Shown here piece by piece: positions 51,316-64,000 of a stretch of 64,000 bases of DNA (position 1 is the stretch's first letter; each line of letters starts with the position of its first letter). The notes below the pieces were generated by a model. The model saw nothing but the letters and a program-made list of their open reading frames with translations, was not told the DNA's origin and searched no databases. The DNA is taken from positions 62,001-126,000 of the forward strand of contig JAHBMJ010000332.1 of assembly GCA_018398765.1 (NCBI GenBank), given 5' to 3'. The translations under genes were made by a program, and so were the position numbers. Origin of the DNA: Chromera velia. Taxonomy: Eukaryota.

Positions 51316-52032
51316 TTGCATCATAAGCGCCGGCTGCAATGCAAACTCCCGTCCTATATAGCAGGAACTTGAACCTTTTCGTCTTACATTGTCTTGTCTT
51401 ATTCATCATCTGACTGATTGCAGAGCTCCCGTGAGCGGAGATGCAGGCCGAAAGAAGAGATCGATCAGTATTTATGAGGAACCGGAACGGTTGTGGTGAT
51501 GACACGCATGCCTGCAACTTGTGTCGGCTGTGACGTGCAGGCTAGCGCGCGGCTTGGATATGGGTCGGCCCTCTATGGCATCAATGTGCAGTGTGTGGCC
51601 CCTATGGCATACAACAGTTTATACATTTCTTATACAATGATCTCATTCATACTGAAGCATGCTGCTCCGAAAGTAGAAGAGTTTGAAAAGAAACATCCTG
51701 GTTGAATTAAATATAAATCAAAATGAACTGCCTAGTGCATTGCCGCCGAATGTTAGATGCATATAGACGCCTATTCATAGCCTCATAAGCCTAGTCATAG
51801 GGTGATAGAGATGATGTATAATGATGATAAATCATTGATGACGATGAATTACTAGATGAATCAGCATGCAGACTCATAGTGTCACTCATTATTCCGAGTC
51901 ATTAATGTTTTACCGTAAACTACTAGCTAAATTGTGAGTTTAAATTTTAATTATTAAAAAACCGTATACCTCGTTCCTATATAGTTTACTCTCAACCCCG
52001 CTATGGCAAACCAAAAATAAAAAAAGATAGAA

Positions 52033-53438
52033 AAAGACCAGCCTAGCTATTTGTGGATAACTACTAGCAGCTAGATCTAACTAGATCTAGATTTAACTTT
52101 TGATGAAACTAATAGGTATAGTGCCAGTAAAAATTATTGATAAATGAGAGAAAAATTTATGAATCTAATGAAATTCTGAGTGAAATTAAGTGAAATCCCT
52201 AGTGAAATTCACTTTTAAATACACGAAAAAACAATGGAACAACTCTGTGAACAGACCACTTCAAGTTATTTAAACTAGTATTCAAAACTGTGAATTCATA
52301 ATTCAGCTGTTTGTCAGTCCTGTTGTGATGGTGCCAGACCTCCTACAGCTTTCTGGTAGCATTCAAACTTGTTGGCCCATCTGTCCTCCCAAGGAGCCGA
52401 GATATCAGCGCCTCTGCAGAACACACGTGGAAACGCTTCTTGTGAAGGTGTAGACCTGGTTTTGCACGTACATTCGGAGAAGAGACGGTGAAAGAACGAT
52501 CCTCAGAAACACTTCCCAGACTTCATTTCTCTCGACTGACCTATTTCTGAAGCTTGGTAAACAGATTCACAGAAACGAATCCAAGACAAGCAGTGTGGTG
52601 TGACTGGACATAGAGGCCCTTTCCGTGCAATTCGTCAACAGAGGAAAGCAGTGGGAAGGCTGAAATTTCGTTGCTTTCTTCTAGTTATTGATCTCCATCA
52701 CCCTCCTTCCTTTCTTGCGCCTCTCAAGAAGATAACAAAAGAGAATCAAGAAATGCACAAATGGAATCATGTTCACCAACAGACAGACAGACAGACACAC
52801 ACACACACATACACACACACACACATATACACACACACATACACACACACACATACACACACACACATATATACAGAGAGAGAGAGACACACACAGACAC
52901 ACACAGACACAGATACGCATGCCCTCTGAAAGGTACCTACTTTGTTTTTGCTGGATGCACAGATGCCAAGAACCTCCTCATGATCGTCTGCATCTTCTCC
53001 GCAAAGTCGGACACTGCTTGCTCCCTTTCAGCAGCCGCCCCGCTCATTTTGCGTTCCCGCGCACGTGCCACCTGCCGGTCCGCTTCGTCTTCGAAACTTC
53101 CCGCCGCCACCGCCTATAGCAGCAGAATAGATTCAAAGGGAACACAAGAAAAGCACAGAAACGAGAGGGAAATAAGTAAAACTAAACTTCGATAATGGGG
53201 TGCCAGACAGAACTTTGGATGATTGACGAACAAAAGGAGTCTGAACAAAGGAAACACTATTGTCTATGGCGTCTTCGTCTCCCTTATCCTTAAAAACAAG
53301 AAATTTTTAACGTCAAAAGGCTTGACAAAAGGGGAGGACGAGAGGCCACAGTCTTTCTGTGTGCGTGTATGTCGACGTCACTTCAGTCAACTGACGACTG
53401 ACGAACCTGATCCTCTGGAAAGACGTCGGGAAGCCAGT
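52033..53438 (-). pseudogene. Tandem duplicate of the 3' end of the acyltransferase gene (part of third-last exon, last two exons, 3' flank)
   Basis: Near-identical to 53439-54796, joined at an AAA microhomology. It has no 5' exons of its own and carries missense changes (G>D, D>N, P>L, R>Q, TR>MQ). Confidence 0.88.
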
Positions 53439-53719
53439 AAAGACCAGCCTAGCTATTTGTGCATGACTACTAGCAGCTAGATCTAACTGGATCTAGATTT
53501 AACTTTTGATGAAACTAATAGGTATAGTGCCAGTAAAAATTATTGATAAATGGGAGAAAAATTTATAAATCTAATGAAATTCTGAGTGAAATTAAGTGAA
53601 ATCCCTAGTGAAATTCACTTTTAAATACACGAAAAAACAATGGAACAACTCTGTGAACAGACCACTTCAAGTTATTCAAACTAGTATTCAAAACTGTGAA
53701 TTCACAATTCAGCTGTTTG

Positions 53720-54201
53720 TCAGTCCCGTTGTGATGGTACCGGACCTCCCACAGCTTTCTGGTAGCATTCAAACTTGTCGGCCCATCTGCCCTCCCAAGG
53801 AGCCGAGATATCAGCGCCTCTGCAGAACACACGTGGAAACGCTTCTTGTGAAGGTGTAGACCTGGTTTTGCACGTGCATTCGGGGAAGAGACGGTGAAAG
53901 AACGATCCTCAGAAACACTTCCCAGACTTCATTTCTCTCGACTGACCTATTCCTGAAGCTTGGTAAACAGATTCACAGAAACAAATCCAAGACAAGCAGT
54001 GTGGTGTGACTGGACACAGAGGCCCTTTCCGTGCAATTCGTCAACAGAGGAAAGCAGCGGGAAGGCTGAAATTTCGTTGCTTTCTTCTATTCGTTGATCT
54101 CCATCACCCTCCTTCCTTTCTTGCGCCTCTCAAGAAGACAACAAAAGAGAATCAAGAAATGCACAAATGGAATCATGTTCACCGACAGACAGACAGACAC
54201 A

Positions 54202-54243
<42 letters not shown>

Positions 54244-57066
54244 CACACACACAGACACACACAGACACAGACACGCATGCCCTCTGAAGGGTACCTACTT
54301 TGTTTTTGCTGGATGCACAGACGCCAAGAACCTCCTCATGATCGTCCGCGTCTTCTCCGCAAAGTCGGACACTGCCTGCTCCCTCTCAGCAGCCGCCCCG
54401 CTCATTTTGCGTTCCCGCGCACGTGCCACCTGCCGGTCCGCTTCGTCTTCGAAACTTCCCGCCGCCACCGCCTGCAGCAGCAGAATAGATTCAAAGGGAA
54501 CACAAGAAAAGCACAGAAACGAGAGGGAAATAAGTAAAACCAAACTTCGATAATGGGGTGCCAGACAGAACTTTGGATGATCGACGAACGAAAGGAGTCT
54601 GAACAAAGGAAACACTATTGTCTATGGCGTCTTCGTCTCCCTTATCCTTGAAAACAAGAAATTTTTAACGTCAAAAGGCTTGACAAAAGGGGAGGACGAG
54701 AGGCCACAGTCTTTCTGTGTGCGTGTATGTCGACGTCACTTCAGTCAACTGACGACTGACGGACCTGATCCTCTGGAAAGACGTCGGGAAGCCAGTAAAC
54801 GTCGACAGCGTGAAAGGGCTGCACATGCATGAGGGAACAAAGAGAGGGGGGTGAGGTGCTGCATTTGTTTTTCGTTTCCTGTCTCCCTTGCTTCAGTCAG
54901 TCCCCTGCCTTCTTTGTTCTGTGTGACTGTCTCTCTCTCTCTCAATGTGAAAGCGGAAGACACTACAGAATGTGTGCAGCCGGACAGGAAGAGTCGACCC
55001 TCCGTGTAGAGGACCGGACGTGAGAAGAGAAGGCATGGGACGAGGCACAGCGGGACAAAAAAGAAAGGCGCAGAAAGCAAGGAGCGAAGGAAGAAAGGAA
55101 AGACGATAGAAAGGAAAGAAAAAGGAAAACCACAAAGAAAAAAGGAATGAAAGAGAAAACCATCACCCACCTCCGCCATCAGAAGAGGAAGGTACACAGA
55201 TGTCGGCAGAATTTCGTATGCCGGGTTAAAGTGTGAGAAGGGGAAGTGGAGGACGACCGGAGTCACAGGCTGAAGAGCTTCGAAGGCTCCTGCATGCATC
55301 AGCAAGGAGAGAAAAAAAAGGGGGGGGAAAGCTATTCAAATTACCCCATAAAGATTGACCAGACGGCGAGAAAACTTATTGGGATGGGAAACATGCAGAC
55401 ATACCGGGAGCCACATGGCAAATATGAGAAGCAAGTAGTTGTACGCAGGGGTAAATCTTGTCTGTTCCGTTCTGTATTCTCCCGTTCTTTTTTGGAATCG
55501 TCCCCAGTCATTGACTTCGGCCAGCTGTCGGTGCTGAGACAATATGGAAGGAGAGAGGTTCAGGAGAGAGGAAACGGTGCAATCTATGCCGCAGAGACGC
55601 CAACCATACAGACCTGTCTTGAAGGGAATGAGGTCGAGGCCGTTGGAGCTGGTGCCTGAAAGAACAGACTCTCAGGTAGACAGCAGAGCAGAAATGAAGA
55701 AGGGAAGGGGGGGGCGGGATAAAAAGGAAGAAGACCCGCCCGGTTTGATGACAGGAGGAGAGAAAGGTGAGGCCGAAGACGAAAAGTGCATCTGTGAATG
55801 AAATTCGTCCGGGTTTTTAAAGAAATGTTTCTTAGATGGTGAGTAACCAGAGATGAAGAAGGGGCGTGGAGAAAGACTGCAGAAAGAGGCAATCGGCATA
55901 AATGAAACACCCAAAAGAAGTATCGGTCAACCAAAAGTCCACAATCTCGCAAAACAACCTGAACCCTTCGAACATACTAAGGAAGACCAGCACTGAAATT
56001 TCTGTTTCTGCTTTCCACCTGCCTGCTTGCCTGCCCAAGAGACAAAACATGCACCCATGCATGCATGTATCCATGCATGCATGCAGACCTTCCGGGAAGA
56101 CCACGAGGGGCCTCTGAGAGGGTCTGAACGTTCCCGACTCGTCCTGGACCCTCTGTATAACTTTCCGTCTTGCTGCCTCTCTGCAATCAACAAACAAGGA
56201 AGGACACGGGCAGCGAGACAATCGAAAGGGTCTGAGGGGAGCTAGGGGAAGAAAGAAGAGCTGGGGGGTAACGGAATTTGCAGATAGACGTGTCATTTGT
56301 TTCGTAATCAAAAGGTCGCCAGAGTGTCAGCCCTACCTATTCTCGGTCTTTGAATGCGACTCTTCCCACCCATCATCTATCTAATCCACTGTGGACTATC
56401 GTATTCAAAAACGCGTACACGAACTTTCATCCATCTTCTGCACGCTCACAAGCAACACTTACAATAATCGCTCTCTGCCCCCCCCCAAACTCACCCACTC
56501 ACCGATCGGCCGCTTCCACTCTTTCCACCAGCACACAGTCAAGGGCGTCCACCACGGCTCCCACGAAGGGCACACGGCCCACCGCCGCCTGCAAAGAAAA
56601 GGGAAATGACAGCAAGCCGTGATGACCGAGAAAATGAAGATTCTTCGCATCTGTGCCTGGAAGAAACACACATTTGGGACCGCAAAATGGTCTGGATGAG
56701 GCAGAAGGACGAGAGAAGTTGCACAAAAACCACGCTTCCCTTCGAGCAGAGAACAAAGCTGAATTTCTCCTTCTGTCAATAAAATTTTGCTTTTCAATAG
56801 AGGTGACAGGGTTAGACGGAATCTATTGGTATCTCTTCCATTAGGCACTCCTTGGCAAACGGCTGGTCTTTCTGAATGTTTCCGTTGTGTGTGCCACCAT
56901 GGCTCTCATTCCATCGTGCTTTCCATCCATCCATTCCCTTTAGTTCTCTGGCATTCATCACCCACGGCCTCTCCCCCCTGGAGCCCTCCCACCTTTGCAA
57001 CGAAGGACGGCTTGAGGAATCGGAGGAACACAACAACGTCCTGAGAGCAGAACACACACAAACACA

Positions 57067-57126
<60 letters not shown>

Positions 57127-59811
57127 CACACACACACACACAGAGTCACGCTCACGCATACGCACTTGCACGGACGCAACCACATTCAGAGAGGGAGAAG
57201 AGAAGGGACGGAGAGAAGGAAAGAAATCCACACAACCGATCACGAGAGAGGCACCAGCTCGATAGACAGAAACTGTGAAAACAATGCAGGACTGCAAAGA
57301 GCATCACACGTATACCCAAACCAGCGCGTTTCAAGTTTTCCGTTTGTGCGCACCCTCTGCTCCTAAGAAAGAGACAGCCAAACAGACGCACAGAACCGCA
57401 AAACACAAGCACACCTTCATTCCCAGCCAGAACGACAAAAACGACCGCACGCAAAAGAAGGGAGGGAAACAAATGCACGCACGGACCAGTAAAGAGACAT
57501 GGTTGGAGACCACAACAGGCCTCAGGTGCCACTTCCCATCTGCCGTCATGTTCTCCGAAGACTCCCTCAGCCTTTCGAAGCTGTCCCCTCCCCTCACCTC
57601 CCCGGGGCTCTGCACGAGCACCCGCATACCAGAAGGGAGCAGACGGAAGTGACGCACGCGCATCAGACCTGCAGGCAGGACACAAATTTAGAGAATCGTG
57701 ACGAATCAAAAACACATCTTCACCTTACACCCTCCATGGCATCGACAGAGCGAAACAGTTGCAAGAGGTTGGCACAGAGAACAGGAGCAATCGCGGCACG
57801 TCACCATCAAAAAGTCAATCGCAGAGAACGCAGGACAGACCACAAAAAGGGAAACGAAAGAAGGTCCAAATCCGTCTAGCCCTGTTGTGGTTCAATCATC
57901 CATGCAGCTCTGAAGAGGAAGAAGAAAACGCTGTGTTTCTTCTTTCTCTCTTCCGTTTCTGTCTCATCAGTCAGAACAGAAAATGGCAGAAAGGACCGCA
58001 AACCAGAGAAGGGCCCTACCCATGCAACGTCTGCCTGCAGGCATCTTCCTTCGCTCACCGACCGACCGACCTACCCACCGAGACTGAGAGACAGCACGAC
58101 GGTCCCCACATAGATGATTTGATTGAGAACGAAGCTGCAGAGATGAAGGGAGAAGGAAGGAAAGCAGAGAAAAAAATTTCAGAATATAGAAGAGAACAGA
58201 AGGAGGCAGGAAGAAAGAAGAGCCACCCAGCTAGGTGCTGGGGGCATCCCTTCTCGTCCCGTTCAAGCCGAGAAGAAAAATCGAAATTTGATAGATGGAG
58301 CGAAGAAGAAATCGAGGGAGGGGAAGAATTACTTGCACAGGAGAAGGATGGAAATCTGGGAGAACTGTGGCAGATGGGGTAGAGGAGCTGTATGCGTGCA
58401 TGTAGGGGGGAGGGAAGGGGAGGGAGAGGGAGAGAGAAAGAGAAGAAAAGACCAACAGAACACAGGTAGTTTTTCATTTCTATATCTTTTTTTTTTTTAC
58501 GGACACGAGAGACCTTCGACAGACAGGCAGGAAGATAGACAGACAGACTCACTTGACGATAGTGTTTCTGCTCCCTGACACCTTCTTTCTTTCTCCCGGT
58601 CGCCCTTCCACTCTTGGACACACAGCACAGATCAGACCTGCAGGTACAACGTGCGTGTATGGTCAAGTAGACAGACTGTTTGAATTTCGTGTGAGGAGAG
58701 CGACCGACACGATGGCAAAGGAGAAATGACAGAGCGAGTGAGGGAATACTACGCAGACGAGAAGAGAAAAGTCCTCTTCAACCACAAGCGATGAAACATG
58801 ACGGGAGGAAGTGCCGGACCGAATCTTCGCTTTGACTCAGTCCGTTCGCACGAATTCCCAGAGAGAGAACAGGGGGGGCAAAACAGATCGATGCACGAAT
58901 GGGGCAGAGGAGATAGGAGAACAAAGTCTGGACCGACTCGTGAGGGAGCAGGTCAGGATGATCGTTGTGAACATCAACAGGAGTCGGAACGGAACCTGCA
59001 CAACAGGAGAGACACACAGGGAGGTGTAGAGCGTCATGAATATCCCCTTCCAGTTCTCATCTGTCCTTGGCGACTGGCATCTACCATGACGCTCCCGCAG
59101 ACAATCTCGGGCATCAGTAGGAATCGAAATAGTGTCAGGGTTACTATAGAAGTTGCTTAAAGACCGACGGAGACACCTGCACAACGGGGGTGGAAGAACA
59201 AGACGGGCCGGCAGAGACTGACCAGAAAGAAGCCGCCCAGAACGAATCTCCAGGTTTCTGTAGACACACAAAAGAGAAGAGACATGCAGATCGAGCAATT
59301 CTTCCTCTGATAGGCAGGGACCCTCTTGAGGAATGACGACCTGCGTTCGTTCCCTTCTTCTAAACTGTGTGCTTTCTTTTCTGTTAGAAGTCAGGTCCAA
59401 AGGGTTTGAGCGCGTACGACCAGAAAGGCAAGAAGTCGATGACGGAGAGCGAGGACAGAAGGACGAAAATGGAGAGAGACGCAGTGAGGGAGGCAAAAGG
59501 GGTGGCAGAACGAAGAAAAGAGAGGTCACTTCCAAGCAAGTGGAAAAGCAAGGACAAAGTGGCAGAATTGAATAGCGGAGAGCAGGAGACCTTCATGGTA
59601 GCTGGTTGAAAGAAGCGCCAAGAGAGACAGCCGGAGACTGACGCCACAAGTCCGCATCGTATCTAACGAAGGCGCCGTACTTCGCCGCGTCCTTCTTGGA
59701 GAACCGACGGGAGTCCAGTAGGCGGGCCGTGGACAGTGAACGGTAACACCAGATGCTACAAGCCAGTGAAGATGAAATGAAGGCAACAAGTGCCAGCGGA
59801 ACCCAAATCAT
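53720..59811 (-). CDS. Lysophospholipid acyltransferase (LPLAT/PlsC superfamily, LPCAT1/2-like), ~14 exons
   Basis: N-terminal hydrophobic MIWVPLALVAF; TM segment WRFVLGGFFL|VPFRLLLMF; motifs VVVSNHVSLL|D (HxxxxD), PSFVAK, VPFVG..DCVLVER, LVVFPEG|TSSNG..PFKTG|AF..PVTPVVL and VDVYWLP. Last exon 53720-53819 reads WEGRWADKFECY..RD*. Confidence 0.92.
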
Positions 59812-60269
59812 CTTTCTCGTTCAGTCGATTGGTACTGCTGGCAGTCAGACTGAACACCTGTGAAGTGCAACAGAGTCGCGTTGCTGGGTTCTTTTGCCGT
59901 CCCGCTGCAGCCGAAGCACTCAGCAGGGTAGCACCTTGGCGGTGAGAATGTGTGTGCAAGTTTTCGCCTGTGGGAACACGGAGTTCAGACTCCGCAATGT
60001 CCGACAAGATATATGGCCATCGGCGTTCGATCAGGTCAGTTCTTCGATCTGAGATTGCTTTGAAAGCTCAAAATATGCTTCATACACAGCCTCCAGTTGA
60101 TATGTAAGGCATTCCCAGACAGAGGATTCAATACGATTTGTTCCAATCTCGCGGTGTACACGTGTGAAGAGGGGTCATATGGTCGGAAGATTTGGGCCAA
60201 TTTTGTGGTCGACCAGCCGCAAGTCGAATTCAGGGCATCTTGCGGCTTTGCAAGCACCGTCTCTTTTTG

Positions 60270-60450
60270 TGCACCTGCAGGCCCCGGGTCATGCAGGGTA
60301 TCATGGGGTCCCGCCGCCGCGTGCATGCACGCGGGCGTCGCGGCCGTCGCCACCTGTGATGCGCGGTCTGAGAATGGCCCGGAAAGCGTAGCTAAGGGGC
60401 ACTTACAAAAAGTTGAGGTGGAAGGGCGCGGATGTCGATCGATCGTACAT
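60270..60450. promoter_or_regulatory. GC-rich promoter-like region upstream of the acyltransferase, with an 18-bp palindrome
   Basis: Perfect palindrome CCGCGTGCATGCACGCGG at 60317-60334, centred on TGCATGCA, about 500 bp upstream of the ATG. Confidence 0.5.
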
Positions 60451-61016
60451 ACTGAATCTCCAATTGAAAAACTGACGCACGCAGTCTGATCATTGCCCCG
60501 GAAATATCGCTGAGAGGGTACTTAACAAAACTTGAGCACTTGCAAGTCCAATTTTAAAGTTCATTTCACTTTCCGGGCCATTCGCATGGAGTACGTCAAA
60601 TAAATAAGTTTGCGTGCATTAGCATGCATCGAACATGAAGCCGGTTCAATCTGTTATTGTTTTTGTCTTTAGTTCCTATTTTAATATTCCTATTAGTTTC
60701 TTTAACTTTCTTTGTTGACTATACTAGCCGCTATAGGCTGCCAACTTAGCTTCCAATACATGAATTATAATGAATTGCGTGGCCTTTTTTAGGAGAGTCT
60801 ACGGTGACTTCTTTTTACCTTTAATTTAAAAATATAAAAGTTAGTATTAATAAAAGTTTTGCTTAGTATGCTTATAATGAAAATCTTTTATCCCTTATAA
60901 TACCTTGAGGATACTTGACGACTTATTTTTGTGAAGTTCTAACTAATTGCAATTCTTTGAAAATTATGTTATGTTTCAATCGTTTGCCTGACTGTACACT
61001 TCCTAGGAGATCTTCC

Positions 61017-63842
61017 TCAAATGCTGTTGACCCCAACTCCTTTGGCACACGTCTCGGATCCTTCTGTATCTGCAACAGTCTGCATGCCCTGAACTCGGGC
61101 CTCACTTCTCTCTCCACTGGCATTCCCTCCTCGAGAAGAAACGGCGAAGATGGACGCAGGAAGGGCGCCACTGCCGTCCTGCACGCCCACGCCCACCAAA
61201 GAATTCACTGCCCACCCGCCTGTCACACCTACGTCGTCCCCTCCCTGCGTCCTGTCTCTGAAGCTCCCGTCTCCTCTGGGTGTCCGTGAGGACAAAAAGG
61301 GAGAGGAAGACCCCGAAAGAACGTCAGCAGACGCGAGCCCACCCCCATCAACGTCTGCGTCTTCAGGCTGTGCAGCAGAAATGGAAGGAAGAAGATTGTC
61401 AAGGGAAGAACCCCGACCTGCCTCTCTCTCATGTCCATTTAGCCGAGTGGACTCTCGAAGTGTCACATGAGATCTCTGAGAAGACACATGGAATGCAGAC
61501 GGAGAGCTGAACTCGTTCAAGTTCGATGACTCCATCCCGTCTCTCCGAAGCTCTCCATCCTCCCGTCCCGTCTCCCCCTTTGCCTCTGCCTCTGCCTCAG
61601 AGAAAGCAGATTCGACTCGGCCCTCCGTGTCTCTCTCTCTCGACGCTTCCCTCAGTCTCCTGTCTCTGTCGGGGTCATTCACTGTTCCCTCTCCTCTGCC
61701 TCCTGTGCCAGAGGAAGCAGAGGAAGACGCAGGCCCATTTGCGGGAACTTCAAAGAAAGACAATCTGCAGACGCCCTGGTCATCTGATTCAGTCAGTGCC
61801 AGGGCAGAGGTCTGCATTGCAAGCACTGAAGGAATTTGAGGAACAACCTCCGACGCAGCACTCGCATCTTCGAGGGGCACGTTAGAGACACTCTGTCCGT
61901 TCGCGGAGGACAACTCGTCTTTGGCTCCACCAGCCTTCCCTCTGTACACCTCCGCCCAGTGTGATTGCGCACTCAAGTCTAGTACAGGAAGGTAGGTCGC
62001 TTCAATTGCACTTGAAAAAGTCTCTGCTTGACCCGATGCGACCCTCTCTGGCCCAGTGGGGGCACTCAGAGAAGGCACAGAGAGGCCAACTTCGTCGAGA
62101 CGCCCCTGGGTCTCCTCATCAGGAGGCTCACAGGCCCCCGTGTTTCGACACCTGACCTCTTCCCCCGAAGAAATCCTCAGCTGTTCAAGCCGCCTGCTCT
62201 GAGACTCTCCCTCGGCACTGCCACTGAACCGTTCGAGGCTCTCCGTCTGTGCACCCCTCTGCCCACTTGGGCCCTGCAGGTTTGTCCACAACATCTCCTC
62301 ATCGCTCTCAGCAGGAGCATGGGCACGGGGGGTGGAAGAAGACGGATGCGTCTCTGGGGGGGGGTTAGGGGGAGGGGTGTCGGGGGGGGGAGGATGGGAG
62401 TGTGCAGGAGGACGAGAAGAAGACGAGGAGGATGAGTGAGTCTGAATCGCGGAGAGAGCTGGCTTTGCAGCTGGGGGTGCCTTCAAGGACATTCTCACTT
62501 TCGGCTGGGGGACGGCTGGGGGTCGGAGCCATGGGGTGGGCAGAGACGAAGAAGACGAAGAGGAGAAAGAGGACGAGGAGGGACCCTCCATATCTGCTGT
62601 CGGAATTGGATGTGAAGAGGAGACGGGAGACTCGGATGCGTCGAACAACCGTCGCAGCTCATCAGCGTCCCACCGCCGTCTGTCCTCTGAAGGCGACGGA
62701 GACTCCGCCCTTCCTCCGATCGTGTGAGTGCGAAAATGCTGTTGCGCTTGGAAGCTCAGCTCGCGGGAGACCTGATCTGGAGGCTGGGGCTGAGGGAGCG
62801 GCCTCTGAGTGCCCTGATCGGTGATGCCCCCCCCTTCCACGAGATGCCATTCCCTTTCCCCGTCTCCCTCACCCCGCCAATCCCCCTGAAAGTGACCCCT
62901 CTGGACGATCTCTGACTGCGTGACTTGGCGTGTCTCCTCTGCAGTATGGGACTGACTCACTCCAGTCATGAGGGAGCTCAGACGAGGAGACGCAGGCCGG
63001 ACTGCATTTGTTTCCCACCGCCTTCCTGCCCCCTCTCTGCCGGCTTCCCGTCTCCTTTCTCTTTCCGACGGTCCGAAATTGAAAGGGGACGGCGAAATGT
63101 TTCCCTCTTCCCCTCTCTCTCGCCGCGAAAGGTTTTCGTTTTAACCTCTCTCGAGGGTGGGGGTGGAGATGGGAATGTCAGACGGGGGTCGAGAGGGGAA
63201 TTGCGAATTCAAGGGGAGAGATCTCGGGTGCGGTGCGGAGGGACGTGGAGGCGAGGCAGTGAGAGAAGGAAGCATCGTGGTCGGGGTTGGGCGTGGGGGA
63301 GGAAGGAGACGGAGGGGCGGGTCATTGTCGCTGTGGGCACGTGCAAGGTCTCCAGAATTCGCGTCGTTTCTTCTGTGATACCGTTGGTAGAAGGACGCCA
63401 GGCTGTCTCGCTCCCGTTGGCGCATTCGCGCTCTCTCGCGGGCCGCCACGGCAGAAGACGGCATGCTGCGGCGTGAGGCCACGGGAGGGTTTGAGGAAGG
63501 GAGCCCGTTTGGGTTTTGCCGTGAGGCCGTCGAAGAAGAAGACGCAGACGCCGCTGCAGCAGCAGCGGGGGCAGAGGAAGCGATCCCCCCTCTCCCACTT
63601 TCCATGGCAGCTGAGGAAGAAGCCGATGCGGAGGCGGATCTAGAGAGGAAATTGGAAGTTGCCGTTGCAGCGGAAGTCGCCCTTGCAGTGTGGCGACCCT
63701 CCCGCCGCCTGTCCAAAGCCAAACGGATGGACTCCCTGGTCCCTGGGACCGCCATTCTGCAGATGGGGCAACTTTCGGACTTCCCAAGCCACTCACGGAG
63801 GCAGGCTGTGTGCCAGAAGTGGTCGCACGGAAGAACGAGAAC
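61017..63842 (-). CDS. RING-H2 E3 ubiquitin ligase, 3' part (5' exons outside the window), with a long disordered C-terminus
   Basis: Exon 63146-63842 begins VLVLPCDHFWHTACLREWLGKSESCPICR (C-x-H-x2-H-x2-C..W..CPxCR). A phase-1 intron joins it to the final exon 61017-63001. Confidence 0.85.
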
Positions 63843-64000
63843 CTGCATTCATGCATGCAGGGGAAAGCCAATCAGTCAGCCAGGCAGGCAGGCAGTGAGT
63901 CAGTCAGTCAGGCAGTAAGGCAGTCACTCAGTCAGTCAGGCAGGCAGGCAGTGAGTCAGTGAGTCAGTCAGGCAGGCAGGCAGGCAGTCAGTCAGTCAGT

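Noticed and set aside
51795..51900. TAGGGTGATAG followed by ATG/GAT repeats as a possible third TIR end
   Set aside because: I found no matching inverted end or TSD in the window.
54295..54300. TAG after PAKTK as the acyltransferase stop
   Set aside because: It overlaps a GTAGGT donor. A phase-matched downstream exon (53720-53819) gives a more plausible C-terminus, though cDNA is needed to confirm.
1..64000. tRNA, rRNA or spliced-leader RNA genes
   Set aside because: None recognised by eye; tRNAscan-SE and Infernal would be needed to exclude them.

Overview
Eukaryotic, intron-rich genomic DNA with microsatellite-filled introns ((GACA)n, (CA)n(GA)n, (GAAG)n), TGCATGCAG-type acceptors and three short N gaps. 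The style fits a chromerid alveolate such as Chromera velia (inference only). I reconstructed seven protein-coding loci by hand from splice phases: (1) a ~20-kb minus-strand gene encoding ankyrin repeats, a coiled coil and five C2 domains; (2) a PhyH-type Fe(II)/2OG dioxygenase; (3) a p24/emp24 cargo receptor; (4) an intronless 121-aa orphan; (5) a Ubc12-like E2 variant apparently lacking the catalytic motif; (6) an LPCAT-like acyltransferase; (7) the 3' part of a RING-H2 E3 ligase. Between genes lie AT/TpA-rich islands holding three decayed LINE pieces and two non-autonomous TIR elements with 8-bp target-site duplications. The most striking signal is that the three near-identical duplications I compared in and next to these islands differ almost only by C>T/G>A changes, many outside CpG and polarised to one copy, which resembles repeat-induced point mutation (RIP). 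A second signal is a dispersed microsatellite-embedded repeat that lies in the sense orientation of its host transcript in every copy found. Exon coordinates and mutation counts are manual and approximate.
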